This document shows, piece after piece, positions 47,082 through 59,942 of a stretch of 64,000 bases of DNA (position 1 is its first letter; each line of letters starts with the position of its first letter). The translations under genes were made by a program, and so were the position numbers. Origin of the DNA: Hemiscyllium ocellatum (lineage: Eukaryota); the NCBI RefSeq assembly GCF_020745735.1, contig NW_026867508.1, forward strand, positions 186,001 to 250,000, in the 5' to 3' direction. The notes under the pieces are model-generated. The model was not told the DNA's origin and did no database searches. It saw only the letters and a program-made list of their open reading frames with translations.

Positions 47082-50000
47082 GTGAAACATCAAATGAGAC
47101 ATTACTGAACTCAGTCGAAACTTTGTATCTTCGTGAAATATTTCACAGAACTGCCTTCAACTATCACCTTGGCACTTCCATTGCCCATTTTATTTTTGAA
47201 AACATTGACTATTACTAGACATGAAGCGCAGCATTAAACATATTGCGATGCAATTTACAATGGAACAGCAGTCCGAAATCTTCTTATTTTAAACAAACTC
47301 ATTGGATAATAACCAGGTCTACTGTCTGACTTTCTCCACCCCAGTCTTACATATCGCCACCGCATCATCTGTCAATGTGATCAGTCCAGGAAAACAAATT
47401 CGCTCTCCAGTCACTGAGTTAATGCCAAGTAGCTACGTGTTCAATTTGTAATAACAAAAATAATGCGGCTGACATGAACAAATTCATATCAAACATGGGC
47501 CAGCCTTTAACAGATAAATGGTGACCGATGTTGGATCCTTACAGAAATGTCTCACCCTTTGCAACCTCATCCTTCAAATTTTCAGATGCTTCTGACTCTC
47601 GTGAAATCCATTCCCGCGGCATCATGCAACAATCTGAAATATCATGTTAAGTTTGGTTCTATGTCCTGTGCATCCCTCAATTTAATATTTCAAAGTGTGT
47701 TGGTTATAGATTTAATGACTAAAACCCAAATTATTGGAATTATGACCTGAGCAGCTCGGCTTTTGCTCTCTTCTTTCAGACGTTCCTTTGGTCAAACCGT
47801 TTGTCAATATTTCATATTCCTCAAAACTAACTTGGTCTGCCACATTGTTCTGCTGTTTGCTGTATGCAGTGAGATAACTTCAAGTTCTCATAATTGAGGA
47901 ACAATATCTTTTTGGAAAATTATTTAAAATATAATGATTTGAAATTTGAGAGAATTCACAGCAGAAAAGCAAACTAACAACAGTTCAAAAGTATTGCATC
48001 GCTATTGACGTCTTTGAGACTAAACATCACTTAAGTCCCAAGACCACATTAAGTATTCTGTTGTCCTTTGGGAAATCGACACTTTGTTACACCCCTGCAC
48101 AGCACATGCTGTAGATTCGTTTAAGCAATGAATGTAGGTTTATATTACAAAATGTCTTCTAAAGTGCAACCACAAAGTAATTCATATTTACATACTGTCT
48201 TGAAAGCTGTGCAGAAAGGCATTTTACCACACTATGTTAAACCAATCATCCTGCAATGGACCAAATTGCAGTTCACTGAATTGCATTTGAACGCAAACTG
48301 TGACAATATTACTGTTCAATGTTCATGCATTGTGATTCAACGCAGTTCTCAGTTCACATAGACCATTTTTCTGTAAGTTTGCTGCAGATATTATTTCATG
48401 ATGTATTATACGGTCTGGAGACCTGATGAAGTGCTGTAAAATCAAAGAGTTGCAGTTTGGGAAAATTCTACTAAATCCTGGAAAGATAAGGAATAAACTT
48501 CTGGAAATACACGAATAGGTAATCGATTTTCTCGAACATCAGTGACTGACCAGGGGCACTGATAGCAGCGAGAATTGAGTAGAAAACAGCAAAGAATGGG
48601 GCAATGACTGGCTCGTGCATCTTCGTTCAGGAACTGCAGGAGTTGCTGTCACCGTAGAGGTTTGCTCTGCAACACATTCAAATGGCCCCTCATTTATTCA
48701 ATACTCACAACAGGGACAAATAAGTCACAGTATGCACCTTACTTACATTTCGCTGAACAAAGAGATTACCTCACTGTTCATGCCTTCCAATAAGGTGAAT
48801 GATTGCATTTCCCTTTGGGGACAGGCTCACTGTAATTACTTTGGTTCCTCGAACTTCACAAAACACGATGTCGAGTCTTCAGTTTGTGAATACGCTGATA
48901 GCAAACACTGAATTCAGTCACTATCTTAAAACTTTCTTTCTGCTTACCAATTCTGCGATTTCGCTGAATAATCTGTATTTTAACCTTCAGTTTACTTCTT
49001 CGTTTGGGTTCTTTTGTACGCTTTTTCATGCCTAATACTTTAACCCTGCTTCAATATTTCCATAAAATTACAGTTCAACTTTTGGAAAACACAGTTAACA
49101 AACAAGGGACCGTAACATTGCGGGGAGCATCAAATGCAAATTTTGGCAACGTTGAATCTGAAAAATTCTTCATTTGATCAGATAAATCACATGTTCAAGA
49201 ATGGTGTTCAAATTCTGAAGTTCTGCTGAGGCTTTCTGTTGCAGAAACAGTTGACAGTTTTCAATATTTAACGTAACAGGAAAGCGACAGTTGAATTAGT
49301 GTTAGAAAATTATGTAAAGGTATGGTGCCAAGTTCATTGGCAACAAAGGCTTGGTTATTGTATTGCAGAAAGGGTCGTATACTAGTGCATTGGAAAATGA
49401 GATAAAACCACTCACAGTTTTCAGAGGGACAGACGTCGTGAAAATGTAAAAGAGGTATGTCACATTTCAGCCATTATCAAGACACCTCAAGGTTCCAACG
49501 ATCTCGCACACGTTCGAAACGAGTAAATAGCATGTGAATGCATAGTGCCATCAATACACTCCTGAGAAACCACAATTAAGTTGGAACCTAGTTTAATAGA
49601 AGCAGAGACGTAGTGTAGCCTATTATAAGCAGAGACAGGGTGGAACGTAATGTCTGCAAAAAGTGACAGAACTTATGTCGTGAAACTAAGCATAAACAAA
49701 AACACAACTATGATAGTATTAGCTGACACACTGTCCAGTCTCCTGGAAATAAATTGGTGGACAGTTTGATCAATAACTGTGAACAGAGACAGGAGCTGAT
49801 TCAGTCAACATTGCAATTGCACAACCAGTCATAGGATCTTGGACATTTAACAACTGCGTGCTCGGTCTGGTCATCAAGGAGGCCCGTATGAGACACATTA
49901 CAATCATGGCCTAGTGAAACTGTAAGAGTTACAGAGCGTACTTAGATGTAAACTAAGTCAGATAGAACACGGGGTCCTTTGTCGTTCTTACGCGAGCATA

Positions 50001-51355
50001 GACATTAGCTCCAATGTGAAAAAAAATGGAATGATTAAAGAGATAGTTCTCGTAAAATAAAATATAGTAACTGGGGTAGCACTAAGGGACCCATAACCAC
50101 AGAGCATAGAATCATCGAGGCGCACAGCACAGAAACAAACCCTTCCATCCAACTCGTCCATACCGACCAGATATACTTGAAAACTGTTCCTTCAAAGCTT
50201 TCCAGTACAGCTACCGTGTGTCAAATAATTACAAAGTTAATTTAAAAACTATATGCAGCAGGCCAAAGAAATGGTGGTCTGCTCCAATCTGACTCCTTAA
50301 ATATATATGGTCTTGAGACTACATAAATTAGAGTTACTGTTCATTAATAAATTAACAAAAATGTTTTAAAGGTTATCAGAACTTACGACAGGCTATACAT
50401 CTCCCCAAACGTCGCGCTACTAACTTCAGAATAAAACATAACCATTTACTAACTGAATTTATAAAACTCAGTAAGGAGGTGTTGGTTCCATTAAGAATCA
50501 TGGTTCTCCTTGCAAGATCAGTCAGGTTTAACCACGCTAGTTAACTTCAAACACACTTTTTTCTTCACGTATTTTTGGAGCAAGGAAAGCTATGCATCTC
50601 ACTCCTTTCAGAAGAATTTCCCCTTGGATTGATATATTTATGATTAAAATAAGAGCAATTATAGTGGACAGCTGGTCCTCTCTCTCCTATTTTGAAAAAG
50701 TTGTTAAATATTAAATTTATTTTAGTTCTGCATTTTCCACAAAAGAAAAGAAATGTCATTTCATTGCTGTGTAGGAATATGGTGCCAGTAAAGGTTATTT
50801 TGATGAGGACTGGCCATTAGCCTTGGAAAGATTATAATGAGCATGTGCTCATCAAGAAATTATCAAGTTTTTCTTTTTCTGTATTATTTACTGCACGTAT
50901 CTTAGATCAATCAAATAGAAGGTTCATTAGCAAGGAAATATTAATGATACAGATATTTGAGATAGTTTAAAAAAACTCTTGACAAGAGAAAGTGGATCTA
51001 GTGTAAATTTTAAATTTTAGCGTGAATTCGGAATCAGAGAAAAAAAGTTTGAGATATCCAGTTTGGCTAAATTGGAAAGTTCAATATTCGTATTAATTGA
51101 GAATAGAGATTAAAGTGACGTTGTGTTTTGCGATATTCTGATGTTGAGAGTGGAGAAAACGATTTGTCAATGAATGCAAATAAAAGACTTGAGAAGATGT
51201 GAAAAAAATCCCGAGGATTCAGGGCACTGCAGAGAATTGCAGAACTGCTATCAAAATTGGTTGAATTTATAATGATAAAATGGTCAGGAAGAAAATGATT
51301 GCAACCTGCTACTTTTCAATACGAATTACATAGTTACGCAGATATAACTGTAAAG

Positions 51356-51665
51356 GCATGTTGGCTCAACGGTTAGCACTGTTATTTTACATCGCCAGGG
51401 ACTAGAGTTCGATTCCCATCATAGACGACTGCCTGTGTGGAATTTTCATGTTCTCTTTATATCTGCGTGGCTTTCCTCCCACAATCCAAAGATGTGCAGG
51501 TCAGGTGAATTGGCCGTGCTACATTGTCCATAGTGTTAGGTGCATTAGTTAGGGGTAAATGTAGGTTAAGGTAATGGGTCTGGGTGAGTTAGTCTTCGAA
51601 GGGCCGGTATGGACTAGGTGGGGCTTAGGGTCTGTTACAAAAACTGTCGGGAATCTAATCTAAGA
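51356..51665 (+). mobile_element. HE1-like V-SINE
   Basis: Same head, core and tail as the other two copies. Confidence 0.85.
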
Positions 51666-53184
51666 CGTTATCGTTGGTTGTGCACGAAAGTAAAAGTTAG
51701 AAGTCAGTCCAACCTCGAGCCTTGTGTGGTATTTGGTATGATGGTGGATGATCTTCTCAGTGAGACTTTAGAAATTCGATGTCATCCAGTAAAAAATGAA
51801 TTAACTTAATGAGCACTGACTCCACAAAAGTTCACTCCCTGCATAATATAGCTATATTTTGCGGCTGAAGAAAAGTTTGAATAGGTTGGATCACACTTCT
51901 TCAGAAAACATGGAACAAGAAGGTGACTGAACAAAGATGTTTTAAATGATGCCCTGGTTAAAAGAAATGAATTCAGAAAATAGTTCTTATTCGTGACTCC
52001 GTGACAACGTTCACTCCAACAACAAATGGAGATATTAAGGCAAATGCATCCATGCAAAGGTATATTAGAACAGAATATAAACACTCATACAAGCACTAGA
52101 TGGAACAGGGAAGCGAAAGAATGGCGAGAGGAATAGATACTTGCATGATTTCAACTCTTAATATATCATTCAGTGTAAAGTGGAGATAGGTTCATGTGAT
52201 GGGCATACATTTGCGGGGTCAAATTAGGTTAATGTCCTGAACCTGCTCTGCAGGTTGTTAATAATATAAAGTTCAGAGAACGCTAGGCCCCGACAAGATG
52301 GGAAAGAATCTAACAATTGATTGGAGGGAATTAGGATTGTCACATATGCTGAAGAGAAATCTCTGACTGAGTAACATTAAAACCGCAGCTGAATCTATAC
52401 AAACTGAAAAGAACCGACAACTCAGAGACTTTGGAACAATCTCCCACAGTGGCATAAACCACAAACAGAACAAAGTACTTGAAGAAATTAAAAGAAACTA
52501 AACGTGAAAATTCAAAATAATTTGAAATCGATGATATCGAGCCTCCTTTTCGCCAATACGACAAAAAAAACAGAACATTACCTGAAGTGTTGCTGTGTCA
52601 AAATCACTGATCTCTGACATTCGGTGTTCAATTTAAGTGTTTTTATACTTTTGGTTAAATGTTCCTGTGTGCAGTTCCTGAGAGAACCCAGATGGGTACG
52701 TCTCAGAAGCATGTTTTTTGGAAATGAAACATGCCACTGAAAACTGAAATCACGAACTCACACAGTACAGAGGAATGTTACTCGATATGCATGCCAATCC
52801 CCACCCATGAAGCTGGAAACCAAATAGTCCTCAAACCTTTGCTGTTTCCTAACTGTCCAACACGCATTTCCTGTTCGAATAATAATTCAATGAGAATACA
52901 CGAGCTTTGACGAATTTGCTCATGCTGTTTATCTCTTGTGTAAAATGTAACACGGCATCTTCTTAACTGATCGATTTTCTATTAACAGTGTGTAAAGAAG
53001 AAACACGTTATGTTCGACTCTGGTTTACATGAAGCGAGAATTCTTCCCGTGAACAGGATGTTTCCTTTATAAACAGTGCATTGACAAACAATCAATACTA
53101 ATCAATCGAGCAGATTCTGGATAAAGACAATCCCGCTCGAACCCATCCAAGACTCCAGCTCGAAGTTCACCTCCTCAAGCCTCT

Positions 53185-53481
53185 GCCAACATGATTTTGT
53201 GCAGCTCTCTCTGCGCTCTGTGATGTTGGGTGTCTGTAACCCCATCGTGTACAGCTTCACGTGCGGGTTTCTCCGTGTTTTGTGTTACTGTGTCAATAAC
53301 AAAATACTCCACCCTGAGAAGCATTTATTTGAAATATTTCTCCGTGCTGTGTAGCATTGTGTCTGTAATCACCCCATGTTCAGGTATTTTGGAGCTGTCT
53401 CCGTGATCTGTGGCAATCTGCCTGTAATTCCCAGCATGTTCAGGTTTTTGTGCAGCTCTCTCCATACTGTGTACCAATGTG
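53185..53481 (-). repeat. Tandem array of about five ~60-bp RSS-derived units
   Basis: Outer-heptamer positions end at 53481, 53420, 53361, 53292 and about 53232. Units share nonamer-like, double-heptamer and tctgtaa.cccc motifs. Confidence 0.75.
53443..53481 (-). other. 23-RSS of the supporting V with an embedded second heptamer
   Basis: CACATTG + 23 nt + ACAAAAACC. The spacer contains CACAGTA, 13 nt from the same nonamer. Confidence 0.88.
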
Positions 53482-53791
53482 CGGACTGAGAGCCGGCTCA
53501 GTGCACAGTAATACACAGCGGAGTCACTTAGTTGTGTTTGCGAGATCATTAACCAACCGATTTTCGCCGTAGCATCAAGAGAAGCAGAAATTGGTGCGCC
53601 AGCAACATTTTTTTTACTCTGCTCTCCTGAGGTGTGTCTTTGAAGCATATATTTCGGAGGTTGGCCTGGGGACTGACAGTACCAGTAAACTGTGTATTGA
53701 CAGATCCCTGAGTATTCTCAGCTTAATGTAACGGTGTCACCAGCAGCAGAGGTTTGCAGTGGTGGACTCCGGGACACCAGGGAAGCTAAAC
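53482..53791 (-). pseudogene. NAR-TCR supporting V-delta (leaderless, CDR1 Cys), pseudogene
   Basis: Phase-1 acceptor (cccacag), then GLASLVSRSPPLQTSAAGDTVTLS*EYSGICQYTVYWYCQSPGQPPKYMLQRHTSGEQSKKNVAGAPISASLDATAKIGWLMISQTQLSDSAVYYCALSRL. TGA at 53718-53720 replaces Cys23. No leader exon was found upstream. Confidence 0.85.
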
Positions 53792-54189
53792 CTGTGGGAT
53801 GACATTCAACACATATTCAGTCCCTGTTGAAATTGCAATTCACGGGAGTTATTCTGTTTATTTTATTGATATTAGATTTCAATATGTTATGTTTCATCAG
53901 AATGTAAACCAATGAGGCGATGAGGTGGCGATTATTTTACATATCTTCTTCTTGTGATGTGCAATACATTGCCAAAATGGCTGCTGGAAACAGAATCAAC
54001 AGTAAAATTCAAATGGGTAACCGATTGCAGCTGAATCAGGCAGAAAAAGATGCAGGGCTATGTGGAGAACGTAAGTGCAGTAGGAACAATTACAAAGGAT
54101 TCTGTAGAAAACAGCTTCCACACATTCTTTTGACAGACAAACTCGAGCGATCATCTTGTCGTCAGCTTGAAAGCTGGAGGGCATAAGGT

Positions 54190-55250
54190 GAAGGTGAAAG
54201 GATAAAGATTTAAAAGGGACACAAATGACAGCTATTTTGCACAGAGCGTGGAGTGTATATGAAATGAATTGCCAAGGAAGTCTAAGAGACAGGTATAGTG
54301 AAATCATTTAAAAATCATTTGGAAACCTATGATGGACAGAAATGTTGAAATAGGTACAGGCCAAACGCTGGCAAATGGAAAACTTTGGTTTGGGAAACCT
54401 GACAATTTGTTTGATGCTATAACTCTATAATAAATTTCCAAACTTCACCACCCAAAATATAACCAAACGATGTTGTGGCACCACGCAGAGCAGGATCCAA
54501 AATAAACGACGGGTTTGAACAGCACTGGTTAGTTCAATCATTGTCTGCATGTTACCTTTGTTCATGAGAGTACACCCGATTTTTGATCCACTTTTATCCC
54601 CAATCGCGACACTTTATTCTCACAGCATTCACAGCTGACGTGAAATATTTCAATTTTGTATCAATTGATTTCTGGTTTTCCTTTGTGCCTTTTTTATTTT
54701 CTTGCGATCATGGCAACCGGCACAAACGTGTTTCAGCAGTCTGTTTGGTTCTGTCTGTACTGTCCCTACGTGGTTTTACTGTTATACACTGGATTCCACC
54801 TTTCACATTTCCCTCAATTGCAATTACTTTCATTGGATTATTGCTTTCTGAGTGGAAATCTTTTCAGTTTTGCATTAAAAATGATGACAGGGCCATTCAG
54901 CCAAACTGATTTATTGCTGCTTGTTTATGCCAACGTTCACTTATGCCTGAAATCTAATTCACATTGTCCATTTAACACAGTGTGTTGGTGTATTTCATTC
55001 TCCTCCCTGTGTTTTCAAAACCTATAAATGACTCAATACTATGTGCTCGAACTACTCTGGTGGCAAGTTCCACGTTTTGCACATTTCTTCACTTTTGTTA
55101 CTTTATTTGTTCTGCTAGTAGCCTATCGCTCTGAGCTCAGTCTAATCCATCCCAGTTTTGAGGCCATCGCACTTAAGGTTTTCATGAAGTCTCTTCGTCC
55201 TTCGCTGCTCCTAATGCAAATCAGATCCAGCGAAAGCAGTTAACGCTTGG
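54190..55250. mobile_element. Old CR1-type LINE 3' fragments in the J-to-supporting-V intron (54190-54420 plus, 54900-55250 minus)
   Basis: RGHKVKVKG.RFKRD and reverse-strand VWNLPPE-type remnants. Confidence 0.6.
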
Positions 55251-56488
55251 GTCTCCACTGCTTTCTGAGTTACAAAATGCCACTGATTCAAGACAATCAA
55301 TCTTCTGAAAATCTTTCTGCTATTCGTTTTCCGATTTTCTGACCCCTAATTGCAACTTGTGACTGTTGGAAAGACTTTTCTGTCTGGGGAAAATTTCATC
55401 GATACGTCTACCACTTAATAATTCTACGTGTTCAAATTAAATCACTCTCCTTGTTTTAAACGGTAGGCAATGACGCTTACACCTCAGAATAGCTTCACAA
55501 TGGACAATAACATTATCTCAAGGGAATATCGAGTGAATATTAGCTTTAATTGTTCAAAAACAAATTAATTCATACTCAAGTCAGGAGAACAAATTTCTAA
55601 CGAGCATTTCAGAGTAGAAAACATTCCATCCCTTCGCTTCAAGTAACTCATACAACATCCTGATGAGTGGGTTTAATTTGAACGATGCCCCAGAACTTGT
55701 CACATATTCCTTTTGATGAATTGTTACTTGCTGTTTCTAAATGAGCATTCTTCAGTTTGAGCAGGTTCCGATAATTACCTTCATTACAGCAAACCGATGT
55801 CTGAAAACATCGACATTAAATGAATTAAACATCTTTACAGTTTCACGTTCAATTCTGAGGCAAGGAAAATGGAAATATGATTGGTTAAACGAATGCATAT
55901 ATGAAATGAATTGAGAAGAAATCGTAACTCTGTCATTCCTGACTCCCATTCCTCAAATAGGATAACTCATCTTGATGTACAGCCAGATAAATTCTACCTG
56001 AGGTTCGCCGAGTAGTGTTCCTGATTTTCTCATGGGTGAAATGTTTTCATTGAACGTTTGGAATTCGGGCTTGAATCTCAGCCTGGTGCAAAGTCCTGTG
56101 AGCTTGCCTCTGTGACCTTAGCAACAAAAAGAGCTCCCTCTGTCACAGTTAACTCCTGGAATGGATCCCAGACAGTCTGCACGCTTTATTCATTAAATCA
56201 CCTGTTCGCCATGTTGTTGGTGTCCCGCTATTGACCGGTATGACCATTGATACCACAAGGACAGTGAAACCGTTGACTCAGGACCAGGTGTCATTCATTG
56301 TTTTCGCCTGTGGAAACGAGGACCTGACACGTATATTCTGCTGACAAGCAACTCCGACATTGGACCAGAAGCGATTCCTTCTAAAATACTTGTTTACTTT
56401 CTTTACATTTAAGCTAATAACTGAAAGCTGAATGAAACGATCATTCAGCAACATAATCAATGGCAAGATGGAATGCAGAGTCACTTAC

Positions 56489-56538
56489 CAGCTGTGACAG
56501 TCACCGCTGTTCCGGATCCATCTACGTAGTCATAATAA
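56489..56538 (-). other. NAR-TCR J segment
   Basis: Reads YYDYVDGSGTAVTVTA plus G, then a gtaagt donor. The DGxGT motif is IgNAR-like. The phase-1 splice is in frame with the supporting V at 53791. Confidence 0.9.
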
Positions 56539-56577
56539 CACAGCAATGCTCCTTTAAGTCTCCACTGCACAAGAACC
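56539..56577 (+). other. 23-RSS of the NAR-TCR J
   Basis: CACAGCA + 23 nt + ACAAGAACC abutting the J coding start. Confidence 0.88.
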
Positions 56578-56889
56578 AATGTTACATCAAAGCATCGAAA
56601 CATCATCAGCACGCTGCTTGACCAAGCTAATTATTCAAGCGATTTAGATAGATAGGCGATATTCTCCGTGTCCAAATTCCCTTTGGCTCAAGCTCATATC
56701 TTGTTTTTCTATCAAATGGCACAGGAATACAGGAGGTGGATGTTCACTTCATATCAGCGAAGAAGAATCGAGTAAACAAATTAGTTCTTTACGGGAATTG
56801 TAAAGTTATAAACCTGCATTACAGTGAAGTAAACTTCAAGCTGACAATTGAGTGTTGGGGCCGGAGAATGTATACTTTACTTGTGAAGA

Positions 56890-56961
56890 TGTTTGTGATC
56901 GGGCTTCTTTCACTGTGCCTTGTTCCAAAATGTGACAGTGGTATATGTCGGTGTAAAACTT
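56890..56961 (-). other. Probable NAR-TCR D segment (56918-56933) with a 3' 12-RSS and a damaged 5' 12-RSS
   Basis: 16-nt ACATTTTGGAACAAGG followed by CACAGTG + 12 nt + TCACAAACA. The 5' side has CACTGTC (one mismatch, at the critical base), a 12-nt spacer and a weak nonamer. Confidence 0.65.
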
Positions 56962-57000
56962 CACAGGAATTGTTGAGATTTTGGACATTACAGCTGAACG

Positions 57001-59942
57001 TAATAATAATAAGACCATAAGACATAGGAGTGGAAGTAAGGCCGTTCGGCCCATCGAGTCCACTCCGCCATTCAATCATGGCTGATGGGCATTTCAACTC
57101 CACTTACCAGCGTTCTCCCCGTAGCCCTTAATTCCTCGAGACAACAAGAATCTATCAATCTCGGCCTTGAAGACATTTAGTGTCCCGGCCTCTATTGCAC
57201 TCTGTGGCAATGAATTCCACAGGCCCACCACTCTCTGGCTGAAGAAATGTCTCCGCATTTCTGTTCTGAATTGACCTCCTCTAACTCTAAGGCTGTGTCC
57301 ATGGGTCCTAGTCTCCTCGCCTAACAGAAACAATTTCCTCGCATCCACCCTTTCCAAGCCATGTAATACCTTTTACGTCTCTATTAAGTCTCCCCTCAAT
57401 CTTCTAAACTCCAACGAATACAATCCCAGGATCCTCAGCCGTTCCTCATACATTAGACCTGCCATTCCAGGGATCATCCGTGTGAATCTCCGCTGGACAC
57501 GTTCCAGTGCCAGTATGTCCTTCCTGAGGTGTGGGGACCATAACTGGACACAGTACTCCAAATGGGACCTAACCAGAGCTTTATAAAGTCTCAATAGCAC
57601 ATCTCTGTTTTTATATTCCAACCCTCTTGAGATAAGAGACAACATTGCATTCGTTTTCTTAATCACGGACTCAACCTGCATGTTTACCTTTAGAGAATCC
57701 TTGACTAGCACTCCCAGATCCCTTTCTACTTTGGCTTTACTAATTTTCTCACCATTCAGAAAGTAGTCTATGCTTTTATTCTTTTTGCCAAAGTGCAAGA
57801 CCTCGCACTTGCTCACGTTAAATTCCATCATTATTTCCTGGACCACTCTCCCAACCTCTCTAGATCCTTCTGTAGCCTCCCCACTTCCTCAGTACTACCA
57901 GCCTGTCCACCTAACTTCGTATCATCGGCAAACTTCGCTAGAATGCCCTCAGTCCCCTCATCCAAATCATTAATATATAATGCGAATAGCTGTGGCCCCC
58001 AACACCGAACCCTGCAGGACACCGCTCGTCACCGGCTGCCATTCTGAAGAAGAACCTTTTATCCCAACTCTCTGCCTTCTGTTAAACAGCCAATCCTCAA
58101 TCCATCCCAGAAGCTCACCTCGAACACCATGGGCCCTCACCTTGCTCAGCAGCCTCCCGTGTGGCACCTTATCAAAGGTCTTTTGAAAGTCTAGATAGAC
58201 CACATCCACTGGGTTTCCCTGGTCTAACCTACTTGTTACCTCTTCAAAAAATTCCAAAAGGTTTGTCAGGCATGACCTCCACTTACTAAAACCATGTTGA
58301 CTTGTTCTAATCAGACTCTGCTCTTCCAAGAATTTAGAAACCTTATCCTTAATGATGGATTCTAGAATTTTACCAACAACCGAGGTTAAGCTGATTGGCC
58401 TATAATTTTCCATTCTTTGTCTTGATCCTTTCTTGAACAAGGGGGTTACAACAGCCATCTTCCAATCATCCGGGACCTTTCCTGACTCCAGTGACTCTTG
58501 AAAGATCTCTACCAATGTGTCTGTTATTTCCTCAGCCACCTCTCTCAGAACTCTAGGGTGTATCCCATCGGTGCCAGGAGATTTATCAATTTTAAGACTT
58601 TTTAACTTTTCTAGCACTATCTCTTTCGTAATGGCAACCATACTTAACTCAGCCCCGTGACTCCCTTTAATTGTTGGGATATTACTCATGTCTTCCACTG
58701 TGAAGACTGACGCAAAGTACTTGTTAAGTTCTCCTGCTATTTCCTTATCTCCCATCACTAGGCTTCCTGCATCAGTTTAAAGTGGCCGAATGTCTACTTT
58801 TGCCTGTCGTTTGTTTCTTATGTACTGAAAGAAACTTTTACGATCATTTCTAATATTACTGGCTAGCCTACCTTCATATTTGTTCTTCTCATTTCTTATT
58901 ACACTCTTTGTTATCCTCTGTTTGTTTTTGTATCCTTCCCAATATTCTGATTTCCCACTGTTCTTGGCCACTTTATAGGATCTCTCTTTTTCTTTAATAC
59001 ATTTCCTGACTTCCTTTGTCAGCCATGGATGTCTAATCCCTCCCCGGATAATCTTTCTTTTCTTGGGGATGAACATCTGTACGGTGTCCTCAATTTTACC
59101 AACAAACTCCTGCCATTTTTGCTCTACTGTCTTCCCGGTTAGCCTCTGCTTCCAGTCTATTTTTGTCAGTTCCTCTCTCATGCCCTCATAATTACCTTTA
59201 TTTAACTGTAACACTATTACATCAGATTTTGCCTTCTCTCTTTCAAACTCCAGACTGAACTCTATCATATTATGATCGCTACTTCCGAAGGGTTCCCTTA
59301 CTTTAAGATCTTTTACAGAGTCTGGTTCATTGCAAAGCACTAGGTCCAGAATAGCCTACTCCATGTGGGCTCCATGACAAGCTGTTCCAAAAAGCCATCC
59401 TGTAAACATTCCATGAATACCCTTTCTTTGGATCCACTAGCAACATTATTTACCCAGTCCACCTGCATATTGAAGTCTCCCATGATGAATGTGACTTTGC
59501 GTTTCTGACATGCATTCTCTATTTCCCGGTAGATGTTGCGTCCCTGGTCCTGACTACTGTTAGGAGGTCTATACACAACTCCAATTATGGTTTTTTTGCC
59601 CTTGTGGTTCCTCAATTGCACCCACACAGACTCCACATCATCCGACGCTATGTCATTCAATACCATTGATTTAATTTTGTTCTTAACTAACAAGGCAACC
59701 CCAGCCCCTCTGCCCACCTCTCTGTCTTTTCGATAAGTTGAAAAACCATGGAGGTTTAACTGCCAGTCCTGACCCCCCGTAACCAAGTCTCTGTGATGCC
59801 TACCAGATCATAATCATTTACTATTATCAGTGCCATTAGTTCATCGGCTTTGTTATGAATGCTACGAGCATTCAGGTGAAGTGCCTTAATGCAAACTTCC
59901 TTATCATTAGAGATGTTGGAAGTCATATGATGTCCTAAGTTA
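57001..59942 (-). mobile_element. Near-complete CR1-type LINE ORF2 (APE endonuclease + RT) inserted in the NAR-TCR V exon
   Basis: Six overlapping ORFs from LNARSIHNKADEL through GDFN, NYRPISLTSVVGK, YLDFQKTFDKVPH and FADDTKL to THGHSLRVRG, ending in a (TTA)n tail at 57001-57012. Confidence 0.95.

Noticed and set aside
49134-49141. Ig-type octamer ATGCAAAT
   Set aside because: No adjacent leader or V; expected by chance in 64 kb.
53185-53481. Regularly spaced repeats that could suggest a CRISPR array or TCR D cluster
   Set aside because: The context is vertebrate and the units are degenerate with no unique spacers. All signals face one way, so no D is flanked by opposed RSSs.
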